A program made the translations under genes and the position numbers. The notes beneath the pieces are model-generated. The model did not search any database, was not told the DNA's origin, and worked only from the letters and a program-made list of their open reading frames with translations. This document shows, in pieces, positions 16,062-24,236 of a DNA stretch of 38,082 bases. The stretch is from positions 1-38,082 of IMG/VR virus record IMGVR_UViG_3300042321_000119; one strand, written 5' to 3'. Every line of letters begins with the position of its first letter. Positions within the stretch are counted from its first letter, which is position 1. The stretch comes from a virus. Taxonomy: Duplodnaviria; Caudoviricetes.

Positions 16062-16856
16062 ATGAAAACTAAACTTCTGAATATCGATGCCAACCCTAAG
16101 ACTGTTAAGGGGAGCGCCCGCGGCTATATGACTGCCGTGCTGTACCTTGCGCCTCACGATTCTAGCGGGGTGCAATTGTGTCCTACGGCTAACCTTGCAG
16201 GATGTGCGGCTACCTGCCTAAATACCGCTGGACGTGGCGGCATGGCTAAGGGCAGCGCCACGTTCGAGACTTCTAGCGGTACCGTGTTGCCAGACAACGC
16301 TATCCAGCACGCCAGACTTCGGCGCACGGCATTGTTTCATCAGCACCCCGTAGACTTCATGGCGCAACTGATGCGCGAAATTGACGCATTTCTGGCTAAG
16401 GCTAGCCGCAAGCGCAAACTTCCGGCTATCCGCCTCAACGGCACGTCCGATATTCGATGGGAAATGGTGCCGGTTACTCGCAACGGTAAACACTACCCGC
16501 ACATTTTCGCGGCATATCCGCGTGTTCAGTTTTATGACTACACCAAGATTCCGAATCGGCACGTTACGGGAATCGTTAACTATCACCTAACATTTTCTTA
16601 CAGTGGCCGGGCTGAGTACGCTCCGATCGTCGTCAAGGCGCTCCGTAACTATTCGGCGGACGTGTCATTCGCGGCTGTGTTCAACGGTCCGGCGCCTGAG
16701 TACTTTTTGGGGCGCCCCGTGATCAATGGCGACGAAACAGACTTGCGCTTTTTAGATCGTGCCGGGGTTGTCGTCGCGCTAACGGCTAAGGGCCGGGCAC
16801 GTCGCGACACGTCCGGTTTCGTGATCGATACCCGTGCGGCACGGATTGCCGCCTAA
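16062..16856 (+). CDS. GP88-family protein (Cys-motif, radical-SAM-like)
   Basis: GGAG RBS before ATG 16062; CPTANLAGCAATCL, IRLNGTSDIRWE, FYDYTK, NYHLTFS, GDETDLRFLD. Confidence 0.75.
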   Translation: MKTKLLNIDANPKTVKGSARGYMTAVLYLAPHDSSGVQLCPTANLAGCAATCLNTAGRGGMAKGSATFETSSGTVLPDNAIQHARLRRTALFHQHPVDFMAQLMREIDAFLAKASRKRKLPAIRLNGTSDIRWEMVPVTRNGKHYPHIFAAYPRVQFYDYTKIPNRHVTGIVNYHLTFSYSGRAEYAPIVVKALRNYSADVSFAAVFNGPAPEYFLGRPVINGDETDLRFLDRAGVVVALTAKGRARRDTSGFVIDTRAARIAA

Positions 16857-16874
16857 CCTAGGGAGAATCTAGCC

Positions 16875-17075
16875 ATGCCACTAAATACACCATTAGAAGC
16901 GCTCACATCGGCGCTCGTGTTAGCAATTACAGCGCCCGATGATGATCGGGCCGCGCGTGCTATAGCCTTAGCCGATGAAATAGCCGCCTTGTGTCCACCG
17001 GGCCATATAGCACTCGCAAAACGTGCCGCACTCGAAGAATTGCGCCGAATGGATGGAGAATCCGCACATGCATAA
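16875..17075 (+). CDS. Hypothetical early protein
   Basis: GGGAG RBS; ALTSALVLAITAPDD motif. Confidence 0.65.
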   Translation: MPLNTPLEALTSALVLAITAPDDDRAARAIALADEIAALCPPGHIALAKRAALEELRRMDGESAHA

Positions 17076-17295
17076 GGTGAAAACCAATCGCTGGTATACA
17101 TTCCAGCCGGTAGGAATGGACACGTGGGACAGTTGCGCCTTAGTGGCGCCCGGTAGCCGCGTGCAGGTTAGGCGCCTGCCGGGGTGTCCGCCCCCTAACA
17201 CAATGGGCCATTGTCACATTGTAGACGCGGCCGGACGTTTCGCGGGCTTAGTACTTACTAACAGTCTGCAACCTATAGGGGGCCGCCATGGATAG
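17068..17295 (+). CDS. Hypothetical early protein
   Basis: GGAG RBS before ATG 17068; LPGCPPPNTMGHCHI motif. Confidence 0.6.
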   Translation: MHKVKTNRWYTFQPVGMDTWDSCALVAPGSRVQVRRLPGCPPPNTMGHCHIVDAAGRFAGLVLTNSLQPIGGRHG

Positions 17296-17485
17296 CCGCA
17301 TCGAATACCTAGGCAAGTCGGCACGCTACGGTAAAAACGAACACCACATTCGAGCGCCTGCCGATGTGCCAGATTGGGCGCTAGTCGATCACATTGTGGC
17401 CCTTGAAAAGGACCACGATAGTTTCGGTACCTATGTTGTGCGCCGATGTGGGAATGAAGCGCACGTTTATTTTTACACTGACTGA
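17288..17485 (+). CDS. Hypothetical early protein
   Basis: GGGGG RBS; tiles with its neighbours. Confidence 0.55.
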   Translation: MDSRIEYLGKSARYGKNEHHIRAPADVPDWALVDHIVALEKDHDSFGTYVVRRCGNEAHVYFYTD

Positions 17486-17495
17486 GGGCCGCACC

Positions 17496-17705
17496 ATGTC
17501 ACAAAACGAACAGATCCGGGCCGCGTTACTTGCGGGCCGTACACTGACTCCACTCGATGCGCTAACCGAATTCGGATGTTTCAGGCTAGCCGCACGCGTG
17601 GCCGATCTCAGGCGCTCCGGGCTGGATATCGAATGCCAGACTGAAACTCAAAACGGCAAGCGGTATGCGCGTTATGCGCTGAGGGCGCCCCATGCGATTC
17701 CCTAA
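17496..17705 (+). CDS. Winged helix-turn-helix protein (HTH_39-like)
   Basis: SQNEQIRAALLAGRTLTPLDALTEFGCFRLAARVADLR...YARYAL. Confidence 0.8.
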   Translation: MSQNEQIRAALLAGRTLTPLDALTEFGCFRLAARVADLRRSGLDIECQTETQNGKRYARYALRAPHAIP

Positions 17706-17814
17706 ACTCTGGCACCTAGGCTACTGGTATTCACGCGGCTACGATTGGCGCCACGTACCGCCTCCAAACTGGCGCTGTAGCCGTCGCATTAATCCTATTT
17801 CGGTCTATTGGTGA
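17692..17814 (+). CDS. Trp/Arg-rich microprotein (40 aa)
   Basis: GAGGG RBS; MRFPKLWHLGYWYSRGYDWRHVPPPNWRCSRRINPISVYW fills the gap. Confidence 0.45.
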   Translation: MRFPKLWHLGYWYSRGYDWRHVPPPNWRCSRRINPISVYW

Positions 17815-17818
17815 ACAT

Positions 17819-18028
17819 ATGGAAAAACCACATATACCCACGATTGCAGAATTAGAGGCGCTATTCGCGGCCGATGATGCGCCCATGGTGTACCGGGCGC
17901 CCCCTAACCCTGAGCGCCTTAAAACGGCTGTGCGGGCTTTCCTGAGCGCATGGGACGACGACTTGACGGTTAGGGAACTCGCGCCCTTTGTGGAGGAAGT
18001 GCGCCGCGCATTGGAGGGTAGGCCATGA
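17819..18028 (+). CDS. Hypothetical early protein
   Basis: 69-aa helical ORF in operon order. Confidence 0.55.
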   Translation: MEKPHIPTIAELEALFAADDAPMVYRAPPNPERLKTAVRAFLSAWDDDLTVRELAPFVEEVRRALEGRP

Positions 18029-18159
18029 CCGAGTTTCACGAACGATGGGGGTTGCAGCCTACCTATCCACGGCTAACCCGTTGCACTCGCCGGTACTGGA
18101 TAACGTATCTGTCGCGCTGCATTGATACCGCGAGGGCTAACTTATGGCGGGATTCTTGA
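18025..18159 (+). CDS. Microprotein (44 aa)
   Basis: GGAGGG RBS and ATGA overlap; MTEFHERWGLQPTYPRLTRCTRRYWITYLSRCIDTARANLWRDS. Confidence 0.5.
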   Translation: MTEFHERWGLQPTYPRLTRCTRRYWITYLSRCIDTARANLWRDS

Positions 18160-18206
18160 TCGCCGTCGCTCTGACGGTACTTGCGTCGATATTGTTCGAC
18201 GATTGA
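18144..18206 (+). CDS. 20-aa single-TM peptide
   Basis: GAGGG RBS; MAGFLIAVALTVLASILFDD ends just before the terminator. Confidence 0.4.
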   Translation: MAGFLIAVALTVLASILFDD

Positions 18207-18209
18207 ACG

Positions 18210-18234
18210 AGGGGGCGCAAGCCCCCTTTATTTC
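18210..18234 (+). terminator. Intrinsic terminator of the early operon
   Basis: AGGGGGC-GCAA-GCCCCCT followed by TTATTT at a convergent gene junction. Confidence 0.8.
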
Positions 18235-19553
18235 ACCATTTGAAGGTCGGGCTTACCCTCGACCATGGCACGAATGTCCGACTTGCTACGGTCGGCCAAC
18301 TCGGGAGCCACCCATAAGTGTTTAGGCGTCTGATATTCGCGGCTCATTACTCGCCCGATATCCTTCCAGCCGCTCTCCCGTAGTGCCACGAATAACGTCT
18401 CACGAGACGGTTTATGGCCGTCCGTACCTGCGGCAATACCAGACAGCACCTCCGACCACGGCGACCCTATAACGCCTCTGGCGAAGACTCCGCGACGTTG
18501 CCGCACCATATCCGCAATAAATGCCTCGCCGCCGCTCATGCCAAGATCGACCATCGCCAATTTCGCATCGGTCAACGGTGGCACGGCTCCGGGGTTAAAC
18601 GCGCTAACGTCCCGCGCATCCAGATAACCGGCCACAGCCTCGAACCCGCCTTTGCCGTACCAATCCCACAGCCTTGCAGCCTCGTCGTCCGGTAGGCGTG
18701 GCGCTTGCGACCAAATGACGAACCAGCGACGGTCATCAGCCGGGATCGTGATCGGCGCTCGGTCGTTACTGAAAGCCAGCACGAAAATACGATTAACCAC
18801 ATAGTACGGGTGCTGCTGTTTCTTATTGACCAGCAGCAACTCAGGCGGCGCAGCGATCACGGGTTTCAGGTTGTTTTCCATCGCCCGGCGGTCATCGCCC
18901 TTACGGTATCGAATCTCGTTTAGCACGATCACCTCGGACTCGTAGGTATAGCCCCACGAACCTGCGACCTCTTCAGCCCTAGCCACGGCTATGTTCTTTA
19001 GCGACCCGCCGCCAATAGACCACAGGAAAGGCGCCCAGAGCGTGTCCTTACCGCCACCGGGTAAACCCGTGTGCAGCACGGCGTGGTTGATCTTGCGCTG
19101 TGGGTTCTGGCGCTTATACGCCATCACGTTCAAAACGTGTTCGCGCTCGAAGTCGGCAGGAATCATCCGGTGCAGGTGGTTTAGCCACAGCGAGACATCC
19201 GCGCTCTGTGCGGCTGGCCGTGAGTCTTTCCACTTGTTGACGTAGCCCACCCCGGCCTTCTTCAGCAACTCGGTTTCACCCGGCGCGTATGTGAGAGCGT
19301 TGGCGACGTAACTACCCATGGCCGCACGGTTCTCATCGAAGAAGGTAGCCGCCTCAATGCGCCTAGCCTTGTTGTGTACGGAGTAGCACGGCGTACCCCG
19401 GAACAGGGCGTTAAACGTCTGCCGGGAATAGTCCTGATGCGTCTTTACATCGAAAAACAGGTCGCCCTCGGCAACGTAAACGAATCGTTTAAACCAGTCA
19501 GCCGGTGCCAACTGCGATACATCACCATCCGCGAGACTTTCGTATTCATCCAT
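18228..19553 (-). CDS. SF3-type / DUF5906 (NrS-1-like) replicative helicase with no primase domain
   Basis: KINHAVLHTGLPGGGKDT Walker A, VIVLNE Walker B, VLAFSN, DDRRWFV; start at ATG 19553 or GTG 19583. Confidence 0.8.
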   Translation of the reverse strand: MDEYESLADGDVSQLAPADWFKRFVYVAEGDLFFDVKTHQDYSRQTFNALFRGTPCYSVHNKARRIEAATFFDENRAAMGSYVANALTYAPGETELLKKAGVGYVNKWKDSRPAAQSADVSLWLNHLHRMIPADFEREHVLNVMAYKRQNPQRKINHAVLHTGLPGGGKDTLWAPFLWSIGGGSLKNIAVARAEEVAGSWGYTYESEVIVLNEIRYRKGDDRRAMENNLKPVIAAPPELLLVNKKQQHPYYVVNRIFVLAFSNDRAPITIPADDRRWFVIWSQAPRLPDDEAARLWDWYGKGGFEAVAGYLDARDVSAFNPGAVPPLTDAKLAMVDLGMSGGEAFIADMVRQRRGVFARGVIGSPWSEVLSGIAAGTDGHKPSRETLFVALRESGWKDIGRVMSREYQTPKHLWVAPELADRSKSDIRAMVEGKPDLQMVK

Positions 19554-19557
19554 TGCA

Positions 19558-19590
19558 TTACCCCACTGGTCTGCTATTCTCACGGAGCAT
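19558..19590 (-). CDS. Putative 10-aa leader peptide MLRENSRPVG
   Basis: GGAG 9 nt upstream of the ATG; stop lies 4 nt before the helicase ATG. Confidence 0.3.
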   Translation of the reverse strand: MLRENSRPVG

Positions 19591-19653
19591 TGCTTGATTC
19601 TCCGTGTAATTCTCCTAGAGAGTCCTTAGCCCCACTTCGGTGGGGCTTTTTTT
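19586..19653 (+). ncRNA. Putative antisense (countertranscript) RNA upstream of the helicase
   Basis: Plus-strand TTGCAT(19553-58)-16 bp-TATTCT(19575-80) with extended TG; plus-oriented terminator at 19628-53 between two minus-strand genes. Confidence 0.5.
19628..19653 (+). terminator. Intrinsic terminator, antisense to the flanking genes
   Basis: AGCCCCAC-TTCG-GTGGGGCT followed by TTTTTT. Confidence 0.85.
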
Positions 19654-19972
19654 ATGGACTGCCCATTCGTCGGTTAGCCGAGATGGTGCGCCAAGTGTCG
19701 AGGACGATGCGCTCTGTCTCGCGCTTGTTCGCCATCTTGGAGTACAGCGCCACAGCCGCACAGTATCGCTCATGCGCCTCTTTGGTGGCGTGGTGGGTCG
19801 CGGCAATCGCTTGCCGCTCCGCCACCGTACCCTCGGCATGTGTGAAGACGGCCTCACGGGTCGCCTTCCAGCCATACTCGGCACGCTCCATCTCAGCCTT
19901 CGCCAGCGCGCACGGCTCGTCTGTATCGACAAGATACCGCAGCGCTTTCTCGGCTCTTTCTTCGCTAATCAT
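19652..19972 (-). CDS. Coiled-coil recombination accessory protein (hypothetical)
   Basis: GTVAERQAIA...LDTWRTISANRR pattern typical of helical proteins beside ssb genes. Confidence 0.6.
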   Translation of the reverse strand: MISEERAEKALRYLVDTDEPCALAKAEMERAEYGWKATREAVFTHAEGTVAERQAIAATHHATKEAHERYCAAVALYSKMANKRETERIVLDTWRTISANRRMGSP

Positions 19973-20244
19973 TAGAAGCCCAACGGATCGTTAAGGTCAG
20001 CCTTTGACCAGTTGTCCTCGGTCAACCCCGCAGCAGGCGCAGGCTTCTGCGGCCTTTGCTGGCCTTCCTTCAACTGGACGCTAATGGACAAAAAGTTATT
20101 GCCAGCCTTTGAAGACTTCTTCCACGCAGACAGTTTGTACTCCGTGCCGCCCACGTTTAGGTCGCCAGTAAAGTCTGGGCGCTTTTCGTTGCCCTTCTTG
20201 TCGTTCGGAAACAGCACGCCACGATTAGTATTGTCATAGTTCAC
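19972..20244 (-). CDS. Small SSB-like protein (DUF736-like)
   Basis: NRGVLFPNDKKGNEKRPDFTG...LSAWKK...FLSISV, with an acidic DPLGF tail. Confidence 0.75.
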   Translation of the reverse strand: MNYDNTNRGVLFPNDKKGNEKRPDFTGDLNVGGTEYKLSAWKKSSKAGNNFLSISVQLKEGQQRPQKPAPAAGLTEDNWSKADLNDPLGF

Positions 20245-20855
20245 AGGGTCATCTCCTTCAGTTTAGAAACTTTAGCATCCAACTCAGCCAAAAAATCAAA
20301 TACCTCTTTCTCCAAGAGGGTGATGCAGTCTGTATCCCTTGGGATACGCACCACGAGCAGTTGTAACTCCTCGGGCATCCTTGGATCGTATGAGACCCAA
20401 TCGCACCAGTCCGTACCCGTGCAGGCCATCTGCCATTGCATTTGATAAAAATATTTCTGCGGCGGGTCACGCTCAAAGAGGTACTCGATGTGCGTAGCCG
20501 TAGACGGGCACTTGATCTCGACGCACCCATTCACGCCCACCAATCCGTCAGGGCTGGCTCCTGCCATTTCGATTGCAGGGTGATTGATAAACCCCACCTC
20601 AGTGACGAGTTCGCCCACCTTGGCGCTGTAAGCGTCACGCGCTGCGCCTTCCTGCTCGACGCCCCACTCCATCGCGGCGCTGCTAAACCCTTCAGTCGGC
20701 TTGCCGGTTAAGCGTTCGCATACCAACTGCGCCATATAGTTTGCGCGAGTAGCGGCATAGCCACTCTTCGTGCGTGCCACTACGTCAGACACCTTCGAGG
20801 CAGTCACTTTGCCCAGACGGGCGGTGTGCCATTCTGTTGTTCGCTGCTCCATCAC
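20241..20855 (-). CDS. YqaJ / lambda-exonuclease family recombinase
   Basis: EQRTTEWHTARLGKVTAS, AMEWGVEQE, GASPDGLV, VEIKCP, YQMQWQM. Confidence 0.92.
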   Translation of the reverse strand: MMEQRTTEWHTARLGKVTASKVSDVVARTKSGYAATRANYMAQLVCERLTGKPTEGFSSAAMEWGVEQEGAARDAYSAKVGELVTEVGFINHPAIEMAGASPDGLVGVNGCVEIKCPSTATHIEYLFERDPPQKYFYQMQWQMACTGTDWCDWVSYDPRMPEELQLLVVRIPRDTDCITLLEKEVFDFLAELDAKVSKLKEMTL

Positions 20856-21127
20856 ACTCTCCCTAAGATTTTTTTACGGCCATCACGGGTCATGCACAAC
20901 GACTGCAACTTGTTGTAGTCAAAGTCGAGCATGTCGCAAATCCAGCGCATCGACCCGGCGTCATCACGACGGGAAAAAATCCAGTGAAATGCAGCGCCTC
21001 GGCCATCGGCGTTGTCTGCGTCTTTAATCGCCTGCCACAGCACGGCAGACCACAGTCGGCGGTAGCCCGAGTCATCTGTTGATGGCCGATCTACATCGCT
21101 CGGACGTTTGGCGAGATGACTAATCAT
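20852..21127 (-). CDS. Hypothetical protein
   Basis: GGAG RBS; RRLWSAVLWQAIKDA...WI...WICDMLD motif. Confidence 0.65.
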   Translation of the reverse strand: MISHLAKRPSDVDRPSTDDSGYRRLWSAVLWQAIKDADNADGRGAAFHWIFSRRDDAGSMRWICDMLDFDYNKLQSLCMTRDGRKKILGRV

Positions 21128-21348
21128 TGCAACTCTCCTTGCTTCCAGAGCAGGTAATCGTATTGTTTTATGCCACGGTGCAGTGCAGAAGCCATAAGCA
21201 TGGGGTTCATTCCCCATTCCTGCGCCAACGGTTTGTAGTTGATGCGCTTCTTGTTGGCCTTGGCATCGGCTCTACGCTCGCGCAGCACCTTGTACTGCTC
21301 AAACGTAATGCGTGGGTTGTAACGCGATCTTTTGGTATACGTTTTCAT
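21124..21348 (-). CDS. Small basic, possibly HTH, protein
   Basis: MKTYTKRSRY...YKPLAQEWGMNPMLMASALHRG; ATGA overlap downstream. Confidence 0.55.
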   Translation of the reverse strand: MKTYTKRSRYNPRITFEQYKVLRERRADAKANKKRINYKPLAQEWGMNPMLMASALHRGIKQYDYLLWKQGELQ

Positions 21349-21352
21349 AATT

Positions 21353-21847
21353 TCACGGATACTTTTCCAATCGTAGGTGTTGAGGGGAAATAACTCGTGT
21401 GGTTTCTGAATAGTCGGAAGGTGTCGCCTTCTCCCATGCCAAGTCATGCGGCAACCAGCCAAGAATCTCCACGGCTCGTATCTCTGGCATAACGGGCTTG
21501 GCGACGAACAACACCAAGCCTTTACCGATCTGGTGTTGTCGCACAGCGGCAGTGTTACTGGTTCGCACGCGACGAACCTCGATGTTCCTGCCAACGTCAG
21601 GCCAGTCTTTGTAGAGTTGGTGATCGCGGGCGTCCCACACATGTGCGTGCCAATAGCGGTTGGTGTACTTGGCTACGGCCAACTCTGCTGCACACGCAGC
21701 CACCTGCGCCGTTCGGTCGTCTTCCATGCGCTTCGGGTCGTAGTGCAGGGCGTCTTGGCTATCCCACCTTGCCGAGCAGCGTCGAGCGCCGACAAGGTTT
21801 ACCAAGTCATATTCCCACCGCTGTAATTCAATGATGGGATAAGTCAT
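21353..21847 (-). CDS. PD-(D/E)xK-fold-like protein
   Basis: AAELAVAKY...PDVGRNIEVR...VEILGWL. Confidence 0.55.
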   Translation of the reverse strand: MTYPIIELQRWEYDLVNLVGARRCSARWDSQDALHYDPKRMEDDRTAQVAACAAELAVAKYTNRYWHAHVWDARDHQLYKDWPDVGRNIEVRRVRTSNTAAVRQHQIGKGLVLFVAKPVMPEIRAVEILGWLPHDLAWEKATPSDYSETTRVISPQHLRLEKYP

Positions 21848-22155
21848 GTGTTTGGCACCTGATACCATTTCAAAATGATCTTGGCGGCATCGCGGTGGTC
21901 TTTCATCACACGCAAGTCCTTAGCCTTGTTCTTCTCAAAGAAGCCAGTAGGACATAGGCCAGACTCACGCTCTTCAATCATCTGCTCCATCATTTCAATC
22001 GTATTGCCCAAAGACCAAGCCACGATGTATGACTCAACATCACTCAGTATTTCTTTCACTAGCCTCTGCTCTTTCAATTTGAGGCCAACTTGCTTTTCTT
22101 CTCGCTGAACAGGCTTAGATGCACCTTTCGCTCGCTTGCGTTTAGGCTTTTCCAT
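21844..22155 (-). CDS. Hypothetical protein
   Basis: ORF overlapping the ERF 3' end; stop overlaps the next start. Confidence 0.55.
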   Translation of the reverse strand: MEKPKRKRAKGASKPVQREEKQVGLKLKEQRLVKEILSDVESYIVAWSLGNTIEMMEQMIEERESGLCPTGFFEKNKAKDLRVMKDHRDAAKIILKWYQVPNT

Positions 22156-22655
22156 ATTCCGTTTAACTCCTCGATAGTGGCTGCTAGTTGTACTGCCGCC
22201 TCAACGGCAGGATCGGTAGTGGCTGCTGCGACTTCATGCGTCTGCGAGTCGGCGTCGTTATCGCCCTCGGTCGGGATGCAGAACGCTTGAAAGGCGGCGT
22301 ACTTGTAGGCGGCAGACATAGCCTTGTTGCTGGCCTTGTCGCCTGAGTCCATCGCCTCGCCTACGGTGATGACTGTGTGCTTGCTGCCGTCTTCGGCGGC
22401 TACAAAGTCAAACTCCACGGTCAGCGTGACGTAAAACAGCGCAGTGCCTTGGCGGTTCTGGCGCTCGATAACCTGTCGGTCGGTCACGCGAGGCAGGATG
22501 CACAGGCCGTGCTTTGACAGCAGCGGCGAGAGCGCACCGTAAACGGCGTCGATACCACGGAAAGCGTAGCCCTGCGACTGGTTCTTGCTGTCTTTGCTGA
22601 TGCCGATCTTGGATAGTTCGGCGGTGACAGCAGCAATCTTCTCGTAGACCTTCAT
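22074..22655 (-). CDS. ERF-family single-strand annealing protein
   Basis: ISKDSKNQSQGYAFRGIDAV, GEAMDSGDKASNKAMSAAYKYA, CIPTEGDNDAD; GAGGAG RBS before ATG 22655. Confidence 0.9.
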   Translation of the reverse strand: MKVYEKIAAVTAELSKIGISKDSKNQSQGYAFRGIDAVYGALSPLLSKHGLCILPRVTDRQVIERQNRQGTALFYVTLTVEFDFVAAEDGSKHTVITVGEAMDSGDKASNKAMSAAYKYAAFQAFCIPTEGDNDADSQTHEVAAATTDPAVEAAVQLAATIEELNGIWKSLNASERKVHLSLFSEKKSKLASN

Positions 22656-22882
22656 GCTTGTTCTCCTCTTGCGCGGATAGCGTCGGCGCACTGTGAATTA
22701 CCAAAAACCCATGCGACATGAGCGTCTGCCCTGTTGCGCTCAACTAATTCGTCACACAACTCAGCGCACGCCTCACGCTCAACTGCGGTAACTAGGACAA
22801 CGAAGTGTGCAAGGCTTTCGGCTGTAAAGGCGTAAATGCCATATTCATTTTTAGCCATGCGGATAATGTCGTCGCAAGTCAT
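22652..22882 (-). CDS. Hypothetical protein (EREACA motif)
   Basis: DDIIRMA...EREACAELCD...CADAIRARG, a recurrent small phage family. Confidence 0.7.
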   Translation of the reverse strand: MTCDDIIRMAKNEYGIYAFTAESLAHFVVLVTAVEREACAELCDELVERNRADAHVAWVFGNSQCADAIRARGEQA

Positions 22883-23112
22883 TGCGGGTTCCTCAGTTTG
22901 GCGGATGCGGCGTCAATCGCAGCAATGCACTCGGCAAACGCTTGGTGCAGTTTGAAAGCGCCTTCGGCTTCGATGCGGTTGAGTTCGTTTAAGCCTTCGA
23001 TGACGTTGAAGGCGGCGTGTTCGGCGCGGCAGTGCAATTCCATGAGTCGGTCGCGTTCCTGCTCGGCCAAGATGCGGTAATCGTCTTCCATTGCTTTCTC
23101 CATCGGGGCCAA
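22879..23112 (-). CDS. Hypothetical helical protein
   Basis: First gene after the leftward promoter; exact start uncertain. Confidence 0.6.
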   Translation of the reverse strand: MAPMEKAMEDDYRILAEQERDRLMELHCRAEHAAFNVIEGLNELNRIEAEGAFKLHQAFAECIAAIDAASAKLRNPQ

Positions 23113-23124
23113 TCCCCGAAGTGC

Positions 23125-23165
23125 AGTATACTCCCGTTGACGATCATGTCAACACCTGTTACTGT
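23125..23165. promoter_or_regulatory. Divergent overlapping promoters with palindromic operator
   Basis: Leftward TTGACA-16-TATACT (23152-23125); rightward TTGACG-17-TACTGT (23137-23165); GTTGAC-N6-GTCAAC at 23136-23153. Confidence 0.7.
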
Positions 23166-23172
23166 GCAATCT

Positions 23173-23331
23173 ATGACACCGAAACAACTACTGAAGATTT
23201 ATGGCTCCCAGAGCGAGATTGCTCGGGCGTTGGGCGTAACCCGGCAGGCTGTGCTGCGCTGGTTTAAGGAAGACAAGATTCCTGCGTTGCGCCTGTATCA
23301 AATTCAATGCGTGCTGAAAGTCAATGAATAA
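23173..23331 (+). CDS. Cro-like HTH repressor (52 aa)
   Basis: MTPKQLLKIYGSQSEIARALGVTRQAVLRWFKEDKIPALRLYQI. Confidence 0.88.
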   Translation: MTPKQLLKIYGSQSEIARALGVTRQAVLRWFKEDKIPALRLYQIQCVLKVNE

Positions 23332-23638
23332 TCCAGTTACGAATAGCACCGACATATCGTGGGCGTCACAAGCCAATGTGCGGTATTGGGAAAGCGTCAA
23401 GCACACGCCGTTTGGCAAACTGCGGTTAGCCGATGCGTACCTTGCTCGGATCGGCGTAGGCGACTGGCAGCAGCGTGCAGAGCGCACATCTTGGTTGAAG
23501 AACTACGTGGGCGACATCCTGCGCTCGCTGGACGATGCGACTGAGGCATACGGCGACCCGCACGTTCGAGGCATGGTGCGGGAACTGTGGGGCGAGCCGG
23601 GCGTGACGAAGTTGAAGGCTAGGTGCAAACCGGCATAA
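23324..23638 (+). CDS. Hypothetical protein
   Basis: 104-aa ORF overlapping the cro stop. Confidence 0.6.
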   Translation: MNNPVTNSTDISWASQANVRYWESVKHTPFGKLRLADAYLARIGVGDWQQRAERTSWLKNYVGDILRSLDDATEAYGDPHVRGMVRELWGEPGVTKLKARCKPA

Positions 23639-23645
23639 TCGGCGT

Positions 23646-23954
23646 ATGCGCTACGCCAAACGTCGAGACAACAACCACACCGAGATTGTAGAAGCCCTCC
23701 GTAAGGCCAACTTCGAGGTCATCGACTACGCCTCGGCAGGGCACGACATCCCTGACCTGTTGGCCGTCAAGCCAATGCACGACGGCATGGCGTGGATATG
23801 CTGGATAGAGGTCAAGGCCAAGGGTGGGCGGCTGTCAGAGGGACAGAAACGCTTTCAGGGCTTCTTCCAGCCTAGGGGCGAATGGTACGAAGCCCGTGAC
23901 CCAGACGACACCGTATGCGCCCTACAGGCGCTTTACTTGCAGCGCCTTAAATAA
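23646..23954 (+). CDS. VRR-NUC-like endonuclease / resolvase
   Basis: AKRRDNNHTEIVEALR...IPDLL...IEVKAKGGRLSEGQKRF. Confidence 0.82.
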   Translation: MRYAKRRDNNHTEIVEALRKANFEVIDYASAGHDIPDLLAVKPMHDGMAWICWIEVKAKGGRLSEGQKRFQGFFQPRGEWYEARDPDDTVCALQALYLQRLK

Positions 23955-23972
23955 TTCATTTACAATACGGCC

Positions 23973-24236
23973 ATGAAGAACTGGCGCGTATTGAACCAAA
24001 ACCTGAATCTGTTTAACGAGGCCGAGGTTAAGGCACTCTTGGACGAGGAGATTGCCGGTCAGCGGCGTTCCACGTTCCTCAAGCGCCTGCACCAGCGGTA
24101 CTGCACCCTGCGTGCAAACCGCGAACGGGCTGAGATATTCAGCGCCGCCGCAAGAATGTCAGGTAGTCAGCCCCTTCCTCCGGGTCCCACCACACCTTCA
24201 CCAAGTCTGGATGGTCAGCCGGTAGCGCAGGGTTAA
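23973..24236 (+). CDS. Hypothetical protein
   Basis: WRVLN...LLDEE...RRSTFLKRLHQRYCTLRANRER; 3' end overlaps the convergent gene by 98 nt. Confidence 0.65.
   Translation: MKNWRVLNQNLNLFNEAEVKALLDEEIAGQRRSTFLKRLHQRYCTLRANRERAEIFSAAARMSGSQPLPPGPTTPSPSLDGQPVAQG

Noticed and set aside
19374-19994. 206-aa plus-strand ORF
   Set aside because: Antisense to two real genes and crosses a strong terminator.
15896-24236. Lysogeny module or prophage boundaries
   Set aside because: No integrase, CI, att-like flanks or host genes; the contig closes on itself.
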